A stretch of 64,000 bases of DNA from the human T2T-CHM13v2.0 reference genome, Homo sapiens. Under the pieces are notes generated by a model. It saw only the letters and a list, made by a program, of their open reading frames with translations. It was not told the DNA's origin and ran no database searches. Each line of letters begins with the position of its first letter. Position 1 is the first letter of the stretch. The DNA is taken from assembly GCF_009914755.1 (NCBI RefSeq), contig NC_060932.1; one strand, given 5' to 3'. Below are positions 1 through 14,985 of this stretch, in pieces. The translations under genes were made by a program, and so were the position numbers.

Positions 1-559
<559 letters not shown>

Positions 560-1814
560 CTATTCTAAATTTCTATAATACAAATGTTAAAAAACAGAGT
601 CCACTGTTCCAAAAGGTGACAAATCTTTAATCTATAAAGATTTCTTCTTTACACACTATGACCACATATTTATTAATTAAAAATGAGATAAGCTCTGAAG
701 GTGACATGTTTAACAAGTTGCAGAGTGTGAACTTTTCAGTCATTTGTAATATTAATTTGTAAACCCATTAGCATTGTAATTCCATACTACAGCTAAATAT
801 CAGATTTTTAAAACCTGATAAAATATCATGAAATAATTTATATGTTAAATACATTTTTAAATGCAGTGAGAAATACATTTCATAAATAGTAAGATAGTAA
901 GGGAAAAAGTAATACTGCCCATTTGAATTTATTGTTTCCATTAGGCATAGATCTGCATAGAATTAAGTCACTTGGGCCTCTGACCTCCTTCCTCAGGTGA
1001 GCCAGGGATAAAGAAAAGGGCCATCTTTGAATCTCCTGCTTGTGGGTATCATCCCACTAACATTAACTAGAGAGTTTTTTTTCTTGATGTGTAGGAAAAT
1101 GAGCCTTAGAAAAGGCCCAACTGTGCTAAGCTAGCAGGGACTGCTATTTTGTTGGGTTATTTCCAATAAAAAGCTTATGCAAACAGCAGTGCATAAATGT
1201 CTATGATACTACTGCAGTAGATTATACCCACACAAAAGAGGGCTGAGGAGAAGGACTATAGAGTGCAATCACTTCTAAATACGACTCTGCCAAGTTACCA
1301 CTTCATGAAATGGAATAATATACAAATAGCATACTACATTTCCATCTCAGCATTTGTACTTCATCCAAGGATTTCAGAGGCTTGAAATGACTGAGTTAAA
1401 TTCTTCCTAATTAGCACACTGTAAACCACTCTAAAGTAAGTCGCCTTTAAAAATGTATTTACTCCTTGAAGTCAGTGGAGTATCACTAGGTTAAAACTGA
1501 AATTCTTAAGTCATCTGTTAACCAGAGTTAATGAGAACCCTAATGGTCTATCCAGGTTATACCTTATAAACCTTGGGCTTCCAAAAATGCCAAAGGCTCA
1601 GAGAAAGATCCCAAGAATTTGATTCAGTATTAATCCAGCTCTTTGAGATCAGTATTACTCCCAAATAAGTCTCTGACAGTTTTAATGAACAACTAGAACT
1701 TTAAAAGGGGCTAAAAAGAATGTGAGAGCCATCTAGGCCTGGGAATCTCAAAGTCATCCGTTTCAAATTCTCAGACTTGGATAACCATTGTCTCTGGTTA
1801 GACTTTTCCAGTAC

Positions 1815-2098
1815 TGTCATTCCCTATATCCACAGGGTATTGGTTCCAGGACCTCCCATGGATACTCAAATCCTCAGATGCTCAAGTTCCTGATATAAAA
1901 TGATATTTGCTTATAACCTACACACAGACTTTAAATCATTTATAGATTACTTATAATGCCTATACAAGGTGCTATGTAAATAATTGTTATATTGTGTTTT
2001 TAAAATTTGTACTATTTTTATTGGTTTTTAAAAATATTTTTGATCCATGGTTAGTTGAATTCAAAGATGTGAAACCTGCAAACATGGAGGGCTGAATG
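1815..2098 (+). mobile_element. MER2/MER2B (TcMar-Tigger) DNA element
   Basis: attggttccaggacctccc...gatgctcaagttcctgatataaaatg...ggagggctga matches the MER2 consensus as recalled. Confidence 0.8.
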
Positions 2099-2199
2099 TG
2101 CCTAGCTTTAGAATCATTTACGTACTAAGTAAGGAGAATCTCCCAAACTGTTATTAAGTCAATAAGTAACTGAAAGCAGAGAGAAGATCATACTACTTA

Positions 2200-2361
<162 letters not shown>

Positions 2362-3485
2362 TTAGAGTGAATGGAACTTTCAGGGTACAACATATGCTCT
2401 GACCATGATGGCTTAATGGCCCTACATAACTTCTTCCCATCCTTAACTCTGGTGGGTTAACCAGATTTGCTCTTCTGACTCTACCATTCTCTGGTTCTCC
2501 TATGTATTAACTTTTCCCAAATAGAGTCAAAAGAAAGTGACAATCACATACGTTAGGGCCCTGAAGAAACCTGGTTCCTCAATGCATCAAGTATTACACA
2601 GGTCATTGGTATTAAGGTTTTTATGTCTTTTTTTGGACAGCCTACTTTGATGAAGATTAGACTAATTAATGTTTTCATTTATTCGCAGATTTGACCATAC
2701 AAATAGAATTGTCGAAGACAAAAGGCTACTCTTTGTAGAGATGTTATATTCTGAGGCAAATAATTAATTATTCATCTATTCCAAATTTCAACAGGCACAA
2801 TAGACACTTGTGACAAAAGGTGCTAGGGAACATGTGTTTTAAGTTTTGTCTGCAAGACTGCATCTCTCACAGCATATCACTGCTTCTTAGCACCTTCAGC
2901 CTGTTCTGACTCAACTTCAAGTGTACTGTTAAATGCTTTTGAATGAGGTTTATTTCTTTCACCTTTCCTTTCCTTTCTTCTGTTTTCTACTTATTCTTGT
3001 CTTCCTCTCAAATTTTTGTGAAGATTATTTATCCTTGTAAGGAAGAGGGTGATAACTGCAGTCACAGTGGCAAGCATGGGAAAAGAGGGAAAATACCATT
3101 AGCAGAAAAAAGACATATTTCCTTAAAGGCTCATAAGCCATAGTAATAGTTTATAATAATGAAAAAGTACTTTTTATACCTAACTTGATGTCTTCTAGTT
3201 CTTTCTTTTTTTAGCTCTAAGTTAATTTCATCCAACAAACACATATTCAGTACCAATGACGCATAAGGCACTAGGTCTCCAGAACAAAATCCCTGCCCTC
3301 CAGGGACTCATAATCAAAGAGGGAAAATAGAAGAGCAGGCAAAACCTAGAAAACATAATCAGAATGCCAGAGTAGAAATGTATCAAAAATGATACTTGAA
3401 TTAGGGACAATAGTTAGGAAGTGTGCAATATCACTGAGAAATGATGAAACTCTGAACTTAACCTTAAAATGTCAAATACCGCCCA

Positions 3486-3512
<27 letters not shown>

Positions 3513-3518
<6 letters not shown>

Positions 3519-4820
3519 TCTCACATATATGGTCAAATGATTTTTGACAAGGGCACCAAGACCATTCAATGGGGAAAGGATAGTCTTTTCAACAAATAGT
3601 ATTGGGAAAATTGGATGTCCTCATGAAAAAGAATAATGCTGGAGCCTTACCTTACGCATACAAAAATTAACTCAAAATGATTACAAGATCTAAATGTAAG
3701 AGAGTAAAAGTTAAACAATACTTAGAAGAAAACACAGGGGAAAAACTTCATGACACAGGATTTGGTATTTCTTATATATGATACCAAAAGCATGGGCAAT
3801 AAAAGAAAAATAACTTGGATTTCATCAAAATTAAAAATTTTCGGGCATCAAAAGGCACTATCAACACAGTGAAAAGGCAACCCATGGACAGGCAAAAAAA
3901 CTGCAAACCGTATATTTGATAAGGGATTGACATCCAGAATATATGAAGAACTCCTACAACTCAATAGCAAAAAACAAGGAATCTGATTTAAAAACTGGCA
4001 AAGGACTTGAATACACATTTCTCCAAAGACGACACACAAATGGGCAAATAAGCACATGGAAATATGCTCAACATCACTAATCATTAGGGAAATGCAAATA
4101 AGAAGCACAATAAGATACTACCTCACACCCATAAGGATCGCTACTATCAAAAATATAGAAAATAATAAGTGTTGGTGAGGATGCAGAAAAACTAGAACCC
4201 TTGTGCATTACTGATGGCATGTAAAATGGCACAGCCACTGTGGAAAACAAAAATTTTTCAAAAAACATGATCCTGCAATTCCACTTCTGGGTATGTATCC
4301 AAAAGAACTGAAAGCAGGGACTTGAATAGATGTAAGAACACATGTTCATAGCCGCATTATTCACAATAGCCAAAAGGTGAAAGCAACTCAAGTGTCCATT
4401 GACAGACGAATAAACAAAATGTGGTACACAATACAGTATTATTCAGCCATGAAAAAGAAATTTTAACACCAGCTACAACATAAACGAACCTTGAAGATTA
4501 TGCTAAGTGAAATAAGCCAGTCACAAAAAGACAAAGATTGTATGATTCCTCTTACATGAGGTAGTCAAATCTTTAAGTAGCTACAGCAATTAGAATGGTG
4601 GTTACCAGGGGCGGGCGGGGGTGGGGGCAGGTAGGAATGGGGAGTTAAGAGTTTAATGGGTAGAGTGTTTAACGGGTAAAGAAAGATGAAAAAATTGTGA
4701 AGATGGATGTTGTTGATAGCTGTATAACAGTGTGAATACACTTAATGCCACAGAACTATACATTTAAGAATGGTTAAAAGGGTCAATTTTATGTATATTT
4801 TATCATACTTTTTTGAAAAG
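3513..4820 (+). mobile_element. Old L1 (L1MB-like) ORF2 3' part and 3'UTR
   Basis: Degenerate ORF2 motifs (caaatgatttttgacaagggcaccaagacc; gcaattccacttctgggtatgtatccaaaagaactgaaagcaggga) and an L1MB-type 3' end. Confidence 0.85.
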
Positions 4821-6360
4821 TCTAATATAAATATTTCTTTACTTAGCAAATGTAAAAAGTGCCTCTCAAATTTTTGCTTATACTTTCAACATTCTAACTC
4901 AATGAAAGAGTATTCTTTGTCAGCTGCCAAATTAGGAAAGACTTTGATTCACAAGAAGGAAAACAAAATAAAATTTAAAAAATACTTTTATACCTCAATG
5001 GTTAAACTGAGGATTACCTCTGACCCATAAGGAGAGAAGCCAAGTGGCAACAGACACATGACCATTCCTTAAGGAAAGAGATCTCTGGTCTGTTCTACAA
5101 TGATTGGAACCCCCGAGTCTGTCACAACCACCTGTTGTGTGCCCAAGGTTTCAAGCAACTCATGTTAATTTGTCAGTAGTTTGGTAAGTGAAATTACCCA
5201 AGAATTTAAAAGTATTTTTTGCCAAACTTAAAAAACAGGAGATCAGAATCATGTATCAACTAAACAAGAGAAACTCACAAAAAGTGTAGAAAAGTATAGA
5301 TAATTTTATTTCAGAAATGAAAGAATAATAATTTAGATCCACGCTTTAAGCAAGCCATGAAAAGCATACATAGGTAATTCTATATAACCCAAGCTAACCG
5401 ATAATTCCCAGTTTATTTATATTTTACTGTGTAATACAGTAATATGTACATACCAATTCAAAGACAAAAATACACAGACACAAAATGTGACTTTGAATCT
5501 CTCAAGGGTGAGCCCTATCGTGGAATCTATCACGTTCGGCACATACACAACACATATGCTGTGGTTACCTCCTCTCCCCTCACACAGCAGACATTGCCAA
5601 TTAAATCACTTTTAAGCCTGTATGTGGCCTCTCAATTCTCCTCAACACAGCACTCCACACAATCACTATAATCAATAGGAACTGGCACCAGAGATTGAAG
5701 CATGCTTGCCACCCCAGCACCAAGGTGAGAGTCGGGGGCAGATTAGGCATAACGATGAATCACACACAAAGAAGATCCAGTAGAACCTCTGCTAATGGAA
5801 AGAAGATCTACACACAACAGCTTTTCCAACAGCAGCTTGCTACATGAATGGAAGCTGAATCTGCTGACTTGAAGCTGCTACCTTTCCTTCCTAAGTCTGT
5901 TTTGGATGTGAATAAAGATTCAGCCAAGTCCTCAGTGATGTAATAAGCTCTGTGGTTCTTTACATACAGAAACCTTTTACCCTTGACAGAATTAACGAAC
6001 TGAGAGACACATTTAAGGATATGTTCTTAGAGTTTTGTTACTGCTACTACAGAAAACCTTCCCTAGCAAGAGGGGAAGGTTTCCAGATTGGCCAGCCACT
6101 CACCACCTGTCCCTCTCATTTTGCTGCTTCCTCCCAGGTTTCTACTCAAACTACATTCCTAACCATTCCTAGAGACCAGCTGACAGAACGGGAGGCAAGG
6201 AAATGGAGGCAGATTTGCAAGTGACAAAAACATTTTTCAGAGACAAGCTCTCAACCAGGCTGCCATTGCTAGTAGTAAGTGAATCTTGACAAGAACAGGG
6301 ACTAAAGGACAGATTTTACAGTGCTGCTGCATGGAAGATTTGGGACCACAGCTGCCTTAC

Positions 6361-6480
6361 CCAGTCAGGTCAAACCATGAAGAAGCAGTAGTATTGTTTT
6401 TGTTGTTTCATTATATTTTCCAACATAAACATGGCCGACTTCATTGTAAAGGTGCCCCATTCTTTATACCATTTGACAGA
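6361..6480 (-). other. Candidate alternative 5'UTR cassette exon (120 nt)
   Basis: Acceptor tgcctttattgcttttttctttctcttcag| and donor TGG|gtaagg, in host orientation, in non-repeat sequence. Confidence 0.55.
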
Positions 6481-6534
6481 CTGAAGAGAAAGAAAAAAGC
6501 AATAAAGGCATACTATTTTATTATTTTTTAAATC

Positions 6535-7110
6535 AAACACTTTTAGTGCTTACCATATGCCAAATATTGGTCTAAGCTTTTTATTAATATTCACATCCAT
6601 TTTTTTCAGAGTACCATGGAGCTGGTACTGTTATGTCTCCCAATTTACACATGAGGAAACTGTGGCACAGAAAAGTCAAGTAAAGCTAAAGTAAATGGGT
6701 TAGGATTGGAATTCATGCAGTCTGGTTCCAGAGTCTGTGCTCTCAATCACAATACAAAAACAGAGGGCACCTGTGCCTACTGTCTCATTGGTTCCTCCAA
6801 ATCTCATGAGATTGGTTTCATCCTCCCCTTTTAGAGATGAAAAAACAGTGAAGTGAAGTAAATTACTCAAGGTTACAGAGTAGAAAGACTGCAAAACACC
6901 AGTTATTTACTGGGCACAAACAATGTGCCAGCCACTCTGATAGGCGTCATCTTCTAATCCTCAACAGCCCTATGACAGAGGTACTAGTTTAGTCCACTTT
7001 ACAGCTGAAGAAAATAGGGCTCAGAGAGAGGTCTGGTAGTTTAATTGGGGCCAAATTAGTAAGAACAGAAGAAATTTAAACTCACACCAGTTGAGTCCCA
7101 AATCCTTGGT
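6535..7110 (-). mobile_element. Cluster of MIR fragments
   Basis: Repeated MIR core (tttacacatgaggaaactgtggcacaga; ttttagagatgaaaaaacag; ttttacagctgaagaaaatagggctcagagag). Confidence 0.7.
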
Positions 7111-7832
7111 TTTTCCCTTCTGATGCTGCTATAAATAAAACTTCATATATCAGTTACAATACATAGGGTTACAAAGATGATTCAGTTCCATTTAAGAAGC
7201 TTACAGTATATTGAAGGAGAAAGGTCAGTTATTCAAATCACTATAATTGCCATACATTTATTCAGGAACCATTCCTTGGGGTCCTTCCTAAATGTAGGGC
7301 ACTGTTCTAGGCACTGCATATAGCAGCAAACCAATCAGATAAGTATCTTTGCCCTCCTGACCTAACAATCTAGAGACAGACAATAAACAAGATAAATAAG
7401 GAAAAGACATAGTATGTAAGATGATGATGAGCACTAAGGAGAAAGAGCAGCAGGCAGGAGGATTAGAGAAGAGGGCAGGAGGTGGACATCTGAGATGGGG
7501 CCGTCGGGGCCTCCCCTGTGCTTTGCTAAACTAAGGCAGCACGCCTCACATCGCTACTGCCAAAACCACCCCCGCCCCTTTCCAAATGCCATAGGGTCAC
7601 TGGCCCTTGAGAACCACACAGAGACTATAGTTTCCTGCCATTCTCTGAAGTCTTGTACAACTTGGCCTCTACCAGAAAACTTTTTCCCTGTTGTCCCTTG
7701 GCTTCAATGACACTGGCAGTATCTTGCTTCTCCCTTCCTACCTCCCTGATCTGTCTTGGATCTGCGTCTCCCTGTCACTGAGCCCCACCTCCGCAACAAC
7801 AGCAAAAAAAAAAAAAGAAAGATGAGCATGTC

Positions 7833-8130
7833 TTTTTTCTTTTCTTTTTTCTTTTTTTGAGACTCTGTCTCGCTCTGTCACCCAGGCTGGAGTACAGTGG
7901 CACAATTTCAGCTCACTGTAACCTCCGCCTTCTAGGCTCAAGTGACCCTCCCACCTCAGTCTCCCCAGTAGCTGGGATCAGAGGCACACCACCATGCTCG
8001 GCTAATTTTTTATATTTTTTGTACAGATAGGATTTCATCATGTTGCCCAGGCTGGTCTTTAACTCATGAGCTCAAGTGATCCGCCAGCCTCGGCCTCCCA
8101 AAGTGCTGGGATTACAGGTGTGAACCACCT
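7833..8130 (-). mobile_element. AluJ-type SINE
   Basis: Poly(T) followed by a reverse Alu dimer. Confidence 0.88.
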
Positions 8131-10096
8131 GTAATGCCCAATGGGCATTTCTTGAATAACATCCTTGCCCTTTCTTCTCACTACAAAGCTGCTCCTTGAA
8201 ATCTTGTCTGCTGATGCAGTATCAAAGATCATATTCATGTAAATGAGACCCAATTTTCATTTGTAGCTTCAGGATATCACCTTAGCTACTATCGTGCCCA
8301 ACTTTCAAGCTCTCATAAACGTATCTCCCTAAATGTACCCAAAATTGAACTCCTCACCTTTCTGAGGAAGTTTTTCTTTATCTGCTATTTTTTTTTCCCC
8401 AGGAGAGGGGAGACAGGAAATCTGTATCTGCTACTTTTCATAAGTCACCAGCAAATATTTTTAACTCCTTTTTTCTCTCAATCTTCAAATCCAATCAATT
8501 TCCAAGACCTTTAGATTCTACTTTTGCAGTTTCTCTTCATCACATCACCTTCTTTCCAATCCCTCTACAATTATCAAGATTTCTTTCTCTTCAGTAACCC
8601 CACCACCAATAACTTCTTCTCATGCCAGGTCTCTCCCTTACTCAATCTATCCTATAATTAGCACCAAGTTATTAGGTTACAATTCCCTCATGTGTAACAT
8701 GGAGATAGAAATTACTGTACAGTACTGATTTGAGGATTAAACATGATTATATTAACCATCTAACATAGTTCTTAACATATAGTAGGAACTCAATAAATGT
8801 CACTTCTCTTTTTCTTACTCTCTGTGAAATCAAAACAGTGACCTGGCATTCAGGGGCCTCTGCAATCTACCCAGTTCCCTAGCTCTGTCCATCAAATATT
8901 CCCCTAGCTGTATGGTGCACGTTCCAACCAAACTCATACTGTGTGCAGTATTCTTTGACTTGGCCTGGCATTTTTATGCAGACAGATCACTGCTCATGCT
9001 TTCCATCCTTACATTTTGAGTGACCTTTCCTTCCATCTTCCGCCTAAGTCTTACTGACCCTCAAAGGTTTATTATCTCAATAGCTGCTGCCTCAGAAGGC
9101 CTTTCTTAAGTGCTTCATACAAGTGAGACCTTCCCCTCTCTCTCAATCCCCTGAAACCAATGGACTACGCTGACAGAGCCTTTTGGTCAGTCTATAAATA
9201 TGTGCCTGTATCAGGAAATAAGGACAAAAAAGTAGAAAACTATTCATGTTATATCATGGTTATTACTGTCTATGTACTTATTTTGCCCTAAGTATATTAT
9301 AAACATGAAATAGACCAGCATAGTGATTCTATTACTCATCTTCGTATTCCCTACAGGACTTATTATGATACCTTGGTACATAATGTAAACTTAAATTTGA
9401 TGGTAGTCACAATTATTTTGTTATACTTCAATAACATTTTATTCCAGAGAATCATAAAGGGTTTCATAGAGAAAAATAATTATTACTAAAAGACATGGAA
9501 GAGAAATTACTATTATTTGTAAAATGTTAGATGAAGAAATATATAGAGAGCAATTATGTACGTAAAACTTTACCATGATTTAAATATATAAAACTAGAAA
9601 TAGAATTTAGAGTCTTAGACACTTAACCTCAAACTTCAGTTGAAAAAATATTATCAAAGCAATGATTAAATAAAAATAAGAATCACTCAATAAAACCTCA
9701 ATCCTTATACTAAATGTTATTACAAACTTCTGTGTTTTGTTATTAAGAGAGCTCTCGCACATAAAAGTCTTATGACTGGGAATCACTATGCCATATGTAA
9801 ACAGAAATTAAAATGGCTGAATAAAGAACAAATTCACTGTACTGAGTCCCTGATTCGGTGTTAAACACAAGGGTTATTAGCCAGCAGGATGAGTCAAATA
9901 CAAAGTGTAAAGAAAATCTGACAACAAGACAACTCCTCTAACTCATCCCTTCCTGGTCAACACCACTACCAGGAAACAAAGTTACAACCATAACCCTCCT
10001 TAACAAAGTTAAAGCAAAATCAAATAAAGATCCATTTTCCAGTAGCTTAGATGCTGTCAATGTATGAATATATGCTTAGACAATGGAAGTGAGTTT

Positions 10097-10359
10097 CTGT
10101 GTTTTGCTTTGTTTTTTTGAGACAGGGTCTCGGTCTGTCGCCCAGGCTGGAGAACAGTGGTGTTATCACAGCTCACCGCAGCCTCGACCTCCTGGGTTCA
10201 AGTGATCTCCCAACCCAGCTAATTTTTAAATTTTTTGTAGAGACAAGGTTTCACCACGTTGCCCAAGCTAATCTCGATCTCCTGGCCTCAAGCAATCCAC
10301 CCGCCTCAGCCTCCCAAAGTGCTGGGAGGCACCATGGCATGAGGCACCACGTCTGGCTG
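10097..10359 (-). mobile_element. AluJ-type SINE with internal deletion
   Basis: Reverse Alu missing part of the right arm; TSD-like ggaagtgagtttct / ggaaatgagtcttt. Confidence 0.85.
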
Positions 10360-10718
10360 GAAATGAGTCTTTAACATCTCAAATGTATTATTTCTTGGCC
10401 TGAAACTTCCAAATGAATTTTAACTCTAAACCAACAAGGTAGAGTCTAATGAGGATGAAGGGTCTATCTACATGTGGGGCTAAGGTAGGCACATACCTAA
10501 CCATTTGCTTTAAACATTATAATGAACAAATTAACTGTTCAACTTCTAGTGTTAACTATCACAAGCACAATTATACAGTCAATTTAAAATTACTGAATAG
10601 TACACTAACATCCATGTTCTACTCTTAAAGATACTAAGGCTGTCAATTTGTTTTCCTTAAAAGCAGGAACAGTAACACTTATTTTAAAGGGAATCTATTC
10701 CTTAAAAAATGGACTGTC

Positions 10719-11529
10719 TGAACAGACACTTCTCAAAAGAAGACATTTATGCAGCCAAAAAACACATGAAAAAATGCTCACCATCACTGGCCATCAGAGA
10801 AATGCAAATCAAAACCACAATGAGATACCATCTCACACCAGTTAGAATGGCAATCATTAAAAAGTCAGGAAACAACAGGTGCTGGAGAGGATGTGGAGAA
10901 ATAGGAACACTTTCACACTGTTGCTGGGACTGTAAACTAGTTCAACCATTGTGGAAGTCAGTGTGGCGATTCCTCAGGGATCTAGAACAGGAAATACCAT
11001 TTGACCCAGCCATCCCATTACTGGGCATATACCCAAAGGATTATAAATCATGCTGCTATAAAGACACATGCACACATATGTTTATTGCGGCACTATTCTC
11101 AATAGCAAAGACTTGGAACCAACCCAAATGTCCAACAATGATAGATTGGATTAAGAAAATGTGGCACATATACACCATGGAATACTATGCAGCCATAAAA
11201 ATGATGAGTTCATGTCCTTTGTAGGGACATGGATGAAATTGGAAATCATCATTCTCAGTAAACTATCGCAGGAACAAAAGGCCAAACACCGCATATTCTC
11301 ACTCACAGGTGGGAATTGAACAATGAGAACACATGGACACAGGAAGGGGAACATCACACTCTGTGGGGTGGGGCGAGGCGGGAGGGATAGCATTAGGAGA
11401 TATACCTAATGCTAAATGACGAGTTAATGGGTGCAGCACACCAGCATGGCACATGTATACATATGTAAGTAACCTGCACATTGCGCACATGTACCCTAAA
11501 ACTTATAGTATAATAATAATAATAATAAT
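10719..11529 (+). mobile_element. Young 5'-truncated L1PA (L1PA2/PA3-like), ORF2 C-terminus and 3'UTR
   Basis: Near-consensus ORF2p C-terminus ([19 protein letters not shown]...[18 protein letters not shown]). (TAA)n tail. TSD aaatggactgtc at 10707-10718 and 11530-11541, at a TT/AAAA site. Confidence 0.95.
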
Positions 11530-12709
11530 AAATGGACTGTCAAGTAAAAGTTTCTAGCTAAAAAATGATTAACAACTAAAACATTTACAAAACGCTTACC
11601 AAAAAAGGGAATAATCACAATAATTACTGAAACATAAACTAGTGAGTGAACAAAGCAGACATTTTACTGGGAAATGCCACACCACCCGAGCCCCTATTAT
11701 AGGTGATAGTAAAGATAAAACAGCGTATTACATAAAAGGTGACTCTTCAAAGCTAACCCTCTCCCTTGCTTATATGACGATATGCTTTTATAGAAAAAAA
11801 TTTTAAAAAGTACAAAATGGTAGGCATGCTCCAGATGAGGGGGGAAAAGTGGATACAGCAAACAGCGAATATGATGGCCAACCACTGCAGATAAATCTAA
11901 GTCTTCATTTAGGAAAACATGTAAAATAAGTTAAAAATTTAAAACTTCAGTATATATAGAAGATATTATAAAATAATTATAATATAAAAAATTAGCAAGC
12001 ACCTCACACTCTAATACCATCTCAATATCAAAGCTTCAAATTAATTTTGAGACCAGCGAATATTTATTGAGTGCTTATTAAGTGCTAAGCCTAATGGTAA
12101 ACACTTTATATATATCTCCTTTAACAACATCCCTATGAAGCAGATATTTATAGTATCCCCCATTTTATAGTAACTGTCAGAGCTTGATTTCAAACCCAGA
12201 GTCTCACTTGGTTCTTTTAACTGTTATCATATTTACTGTACTAACTTTCATATAATTTTAATGATTAAGCACATGCACAGGATAATCAACATGTCCAGTC
12301 CTCTGGTCCTACAGGAGTTACCATATGGATTTTTAAAACTTACACACCTTAAAGTACCTTTACAAAGAGGAGAGAAGATGGGAAAGTTGAATCAGGGTTA
12401 CTCTTAATTGCAGTTCCTTGAATCATAGCCCAAATACGAGCTTGGCTGGTACTGCTGCGGGAAAGATTCAAAGGCAAAATCAAGCACCCATGCTGCCAGG
12501 CAAGGCCAGGTCTCTCAACAAGTGGAATACCAACTTTTAAACAGGTTGGACATTTAATAGAGGAAGGACAATGGGGCCAGTGGACACAAATGCTAAAAAA
12601 ACAGTGGCAGTCAATGTGGGAGGAGGCAAGAAGGCCTGAGAAGGCTGCTATAATTTCAGCCTTGATGCAATAGAGATTGTATTTCTTTTATCTTTAGGGA
12701 AGTGAAGTA

Positions 12710-13348
12710 CAGTAGTCCCCCTCATCCTCGAGTGGATGCCTGAAACCACAGATACTACTGAACTGTATATACACCGGTTTTTCCTATGCACAGATACCTA
12801 TAAAGTTTAACTTATAAATTAGACACAGTAAGAGATTAACAACAATAGTTAATAATAAAATAGAATTATAACAATATACTGTTTACAATTTCAGATAGAA
12901 AATTCATTATTACTATAGATTTTGGCAACCTCAGCCTATGATTGTTTTTGTCAATAACTTTCACTTTTTCACTTAAAGGAAGCACTTTACAGCTTCTCTT
13001 CAGAGTATCCAAATTGCCAGCATCAATACTCTTGTGCCTTGGGGCCATTATTAAGTCAAATAAGGGTCACTGGAACACTAGCACTGCGATACCTAGACAG
13101 TGGACCTGATAACCAAGCCGGCTACTAGATGACTGATGGGTGGGTGGCACATAGAGTGTGGAGATGAGGGACAAAGGGAGGATTCCCCTCCTGGGCAGGA
13201 CAGAACAGGATGGCGGGAAATTTCATCACAATGCCCAGAACCGTATGCAATTTAAAACTCATGGATTATTTCTGGAATATTCCATGCAATAAATTTGGGC
13301 CACAGTTGACCGCAGATAACTGAAACCACGTATAAGGGTGCACAACTG
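12710..13348 (-). mobile_element. MER44 (Tigger7-derived) DNA element with transposase N-terminal remnant
   Basis: TA-flanked TIR cagtagtcccc ... caactg. ORF 12866-13048 (MAPRHKS..KRSCKVLPLSEKVKV) is the Tigger7 transposase start. Confidence 0.85.
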
Positions 13349-13542
13349 TAGTGACCAAACAGATTACTCCGTTTCATGTAAGTGGTATGATCCTTTTTCC
13401 AAAAAAGGTCATCTTTTTCACCAAAGTTGATCTGATATAGAGTTCTATCATATTAACAGAGCTAGTTAACCAAGGGTTAAAAATTCCACCTGAAGTATTT
13501 GGAATACACATCAATATCTGTAAGTCAATATAAAAAACATCA

Positions 13543-13674
<132 letters not shown>

Positions 13675-13834
13675 TCACCCTACAGTTAAATGGGCAAAAT
13701 ATATTAACAGGCAATTCAGAAGAAGGAATCAGAATGGCCACTGTGCACTGTGTAATCTCAACAGTAATCAGAAAACGCATAATGAAACTGAATAGTGAAA
13801 TACCATTTCATACCCCTCATGTTATTAAAAATTA

Positions 13835-14150
<316 letters not shown>

Positions 14151-14157
14151 GGGGGAT

Positions 14158-14440
14158 TGACTGAGTGCAGTGGCTCATGCTTCTAACCCCGCCACTTTGG
14201 GAGGCTGAGGCAGGAGGATCGCCTGAGGCCAAGAGTTTCAGACCAGTCTGGGCAATATAATAAAATAATTAGCTGAACATGGTAGTACACACCTGTAGAA
14301 TCAGCTCCTTGGGAGGCTGAGGTGGGTGGATCCCCTGATCCCAGGAGTTAGAGGCTGCAGAGAGGTGTGATAGTGCCACTGCATTCCAGCCTGGGCAACA
14401 GAATGAGACTCCATCTCTTAACAACAACAACAACAACAAA
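14158..14440 (+). mobile_element. AluJ with (CAA)n tail
   Basis: Diverged Alu dimer with a shortened linker. Confidence 0.85.
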
Positions 14441-14985
14441 GTCTTATACCAAATGTCAACCTATATACTTCAGGCTCCAATGTAAATTGGAATAAATTGA
14501 AAATATTTAATGAAGCTAAAAATCACATACAACCCAGTCTAGGGATATTACCCTCATAGGTAATACTCTAAAGAAACTGTCATATCTATGTAAGGTATCA
14601 TGAACAAAAATGTTCACTGCCGGAATACTTGAAATTGGAAAAAATTAGAAACAACCTAAATGCAGATCAAGAGAAAAACTGATAAATTGTATATGTTCAC
14701 AAAATGGAATACTGCACAACATTTGACTGACTTGCAACTACATAGATATTATCACCAAAAAAAAACCCATAATGTTATAGGAAAAAAAGAAGTTGCAGAA
14801 TAATATGAATAGTATACTATTTAACTGAGCTTTAAAACCTAAAAAAATACTAAATATTATAAACAAATACACAAAGAGTAAACTTTTTTTTAAATGGGTA
14901 TAATACACAATAAATTCTGGATAGCACTTACCTCTAAGAAAAGAAGAGAATGATATAAATAATCCAAAAAGGGCTTAAAATTACA

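Noticed and set aside
3848-4391. Hydrophobic minus-strand ORFs, also 11151-11490 and 49572-50170
   Set aside because: Antisense frames of L1 remnants.
12866-13048. Transposase-like ORF
   Set aside because: Only the decayed N-terminal ~35 residues carried by MER44; no catalytic domain.
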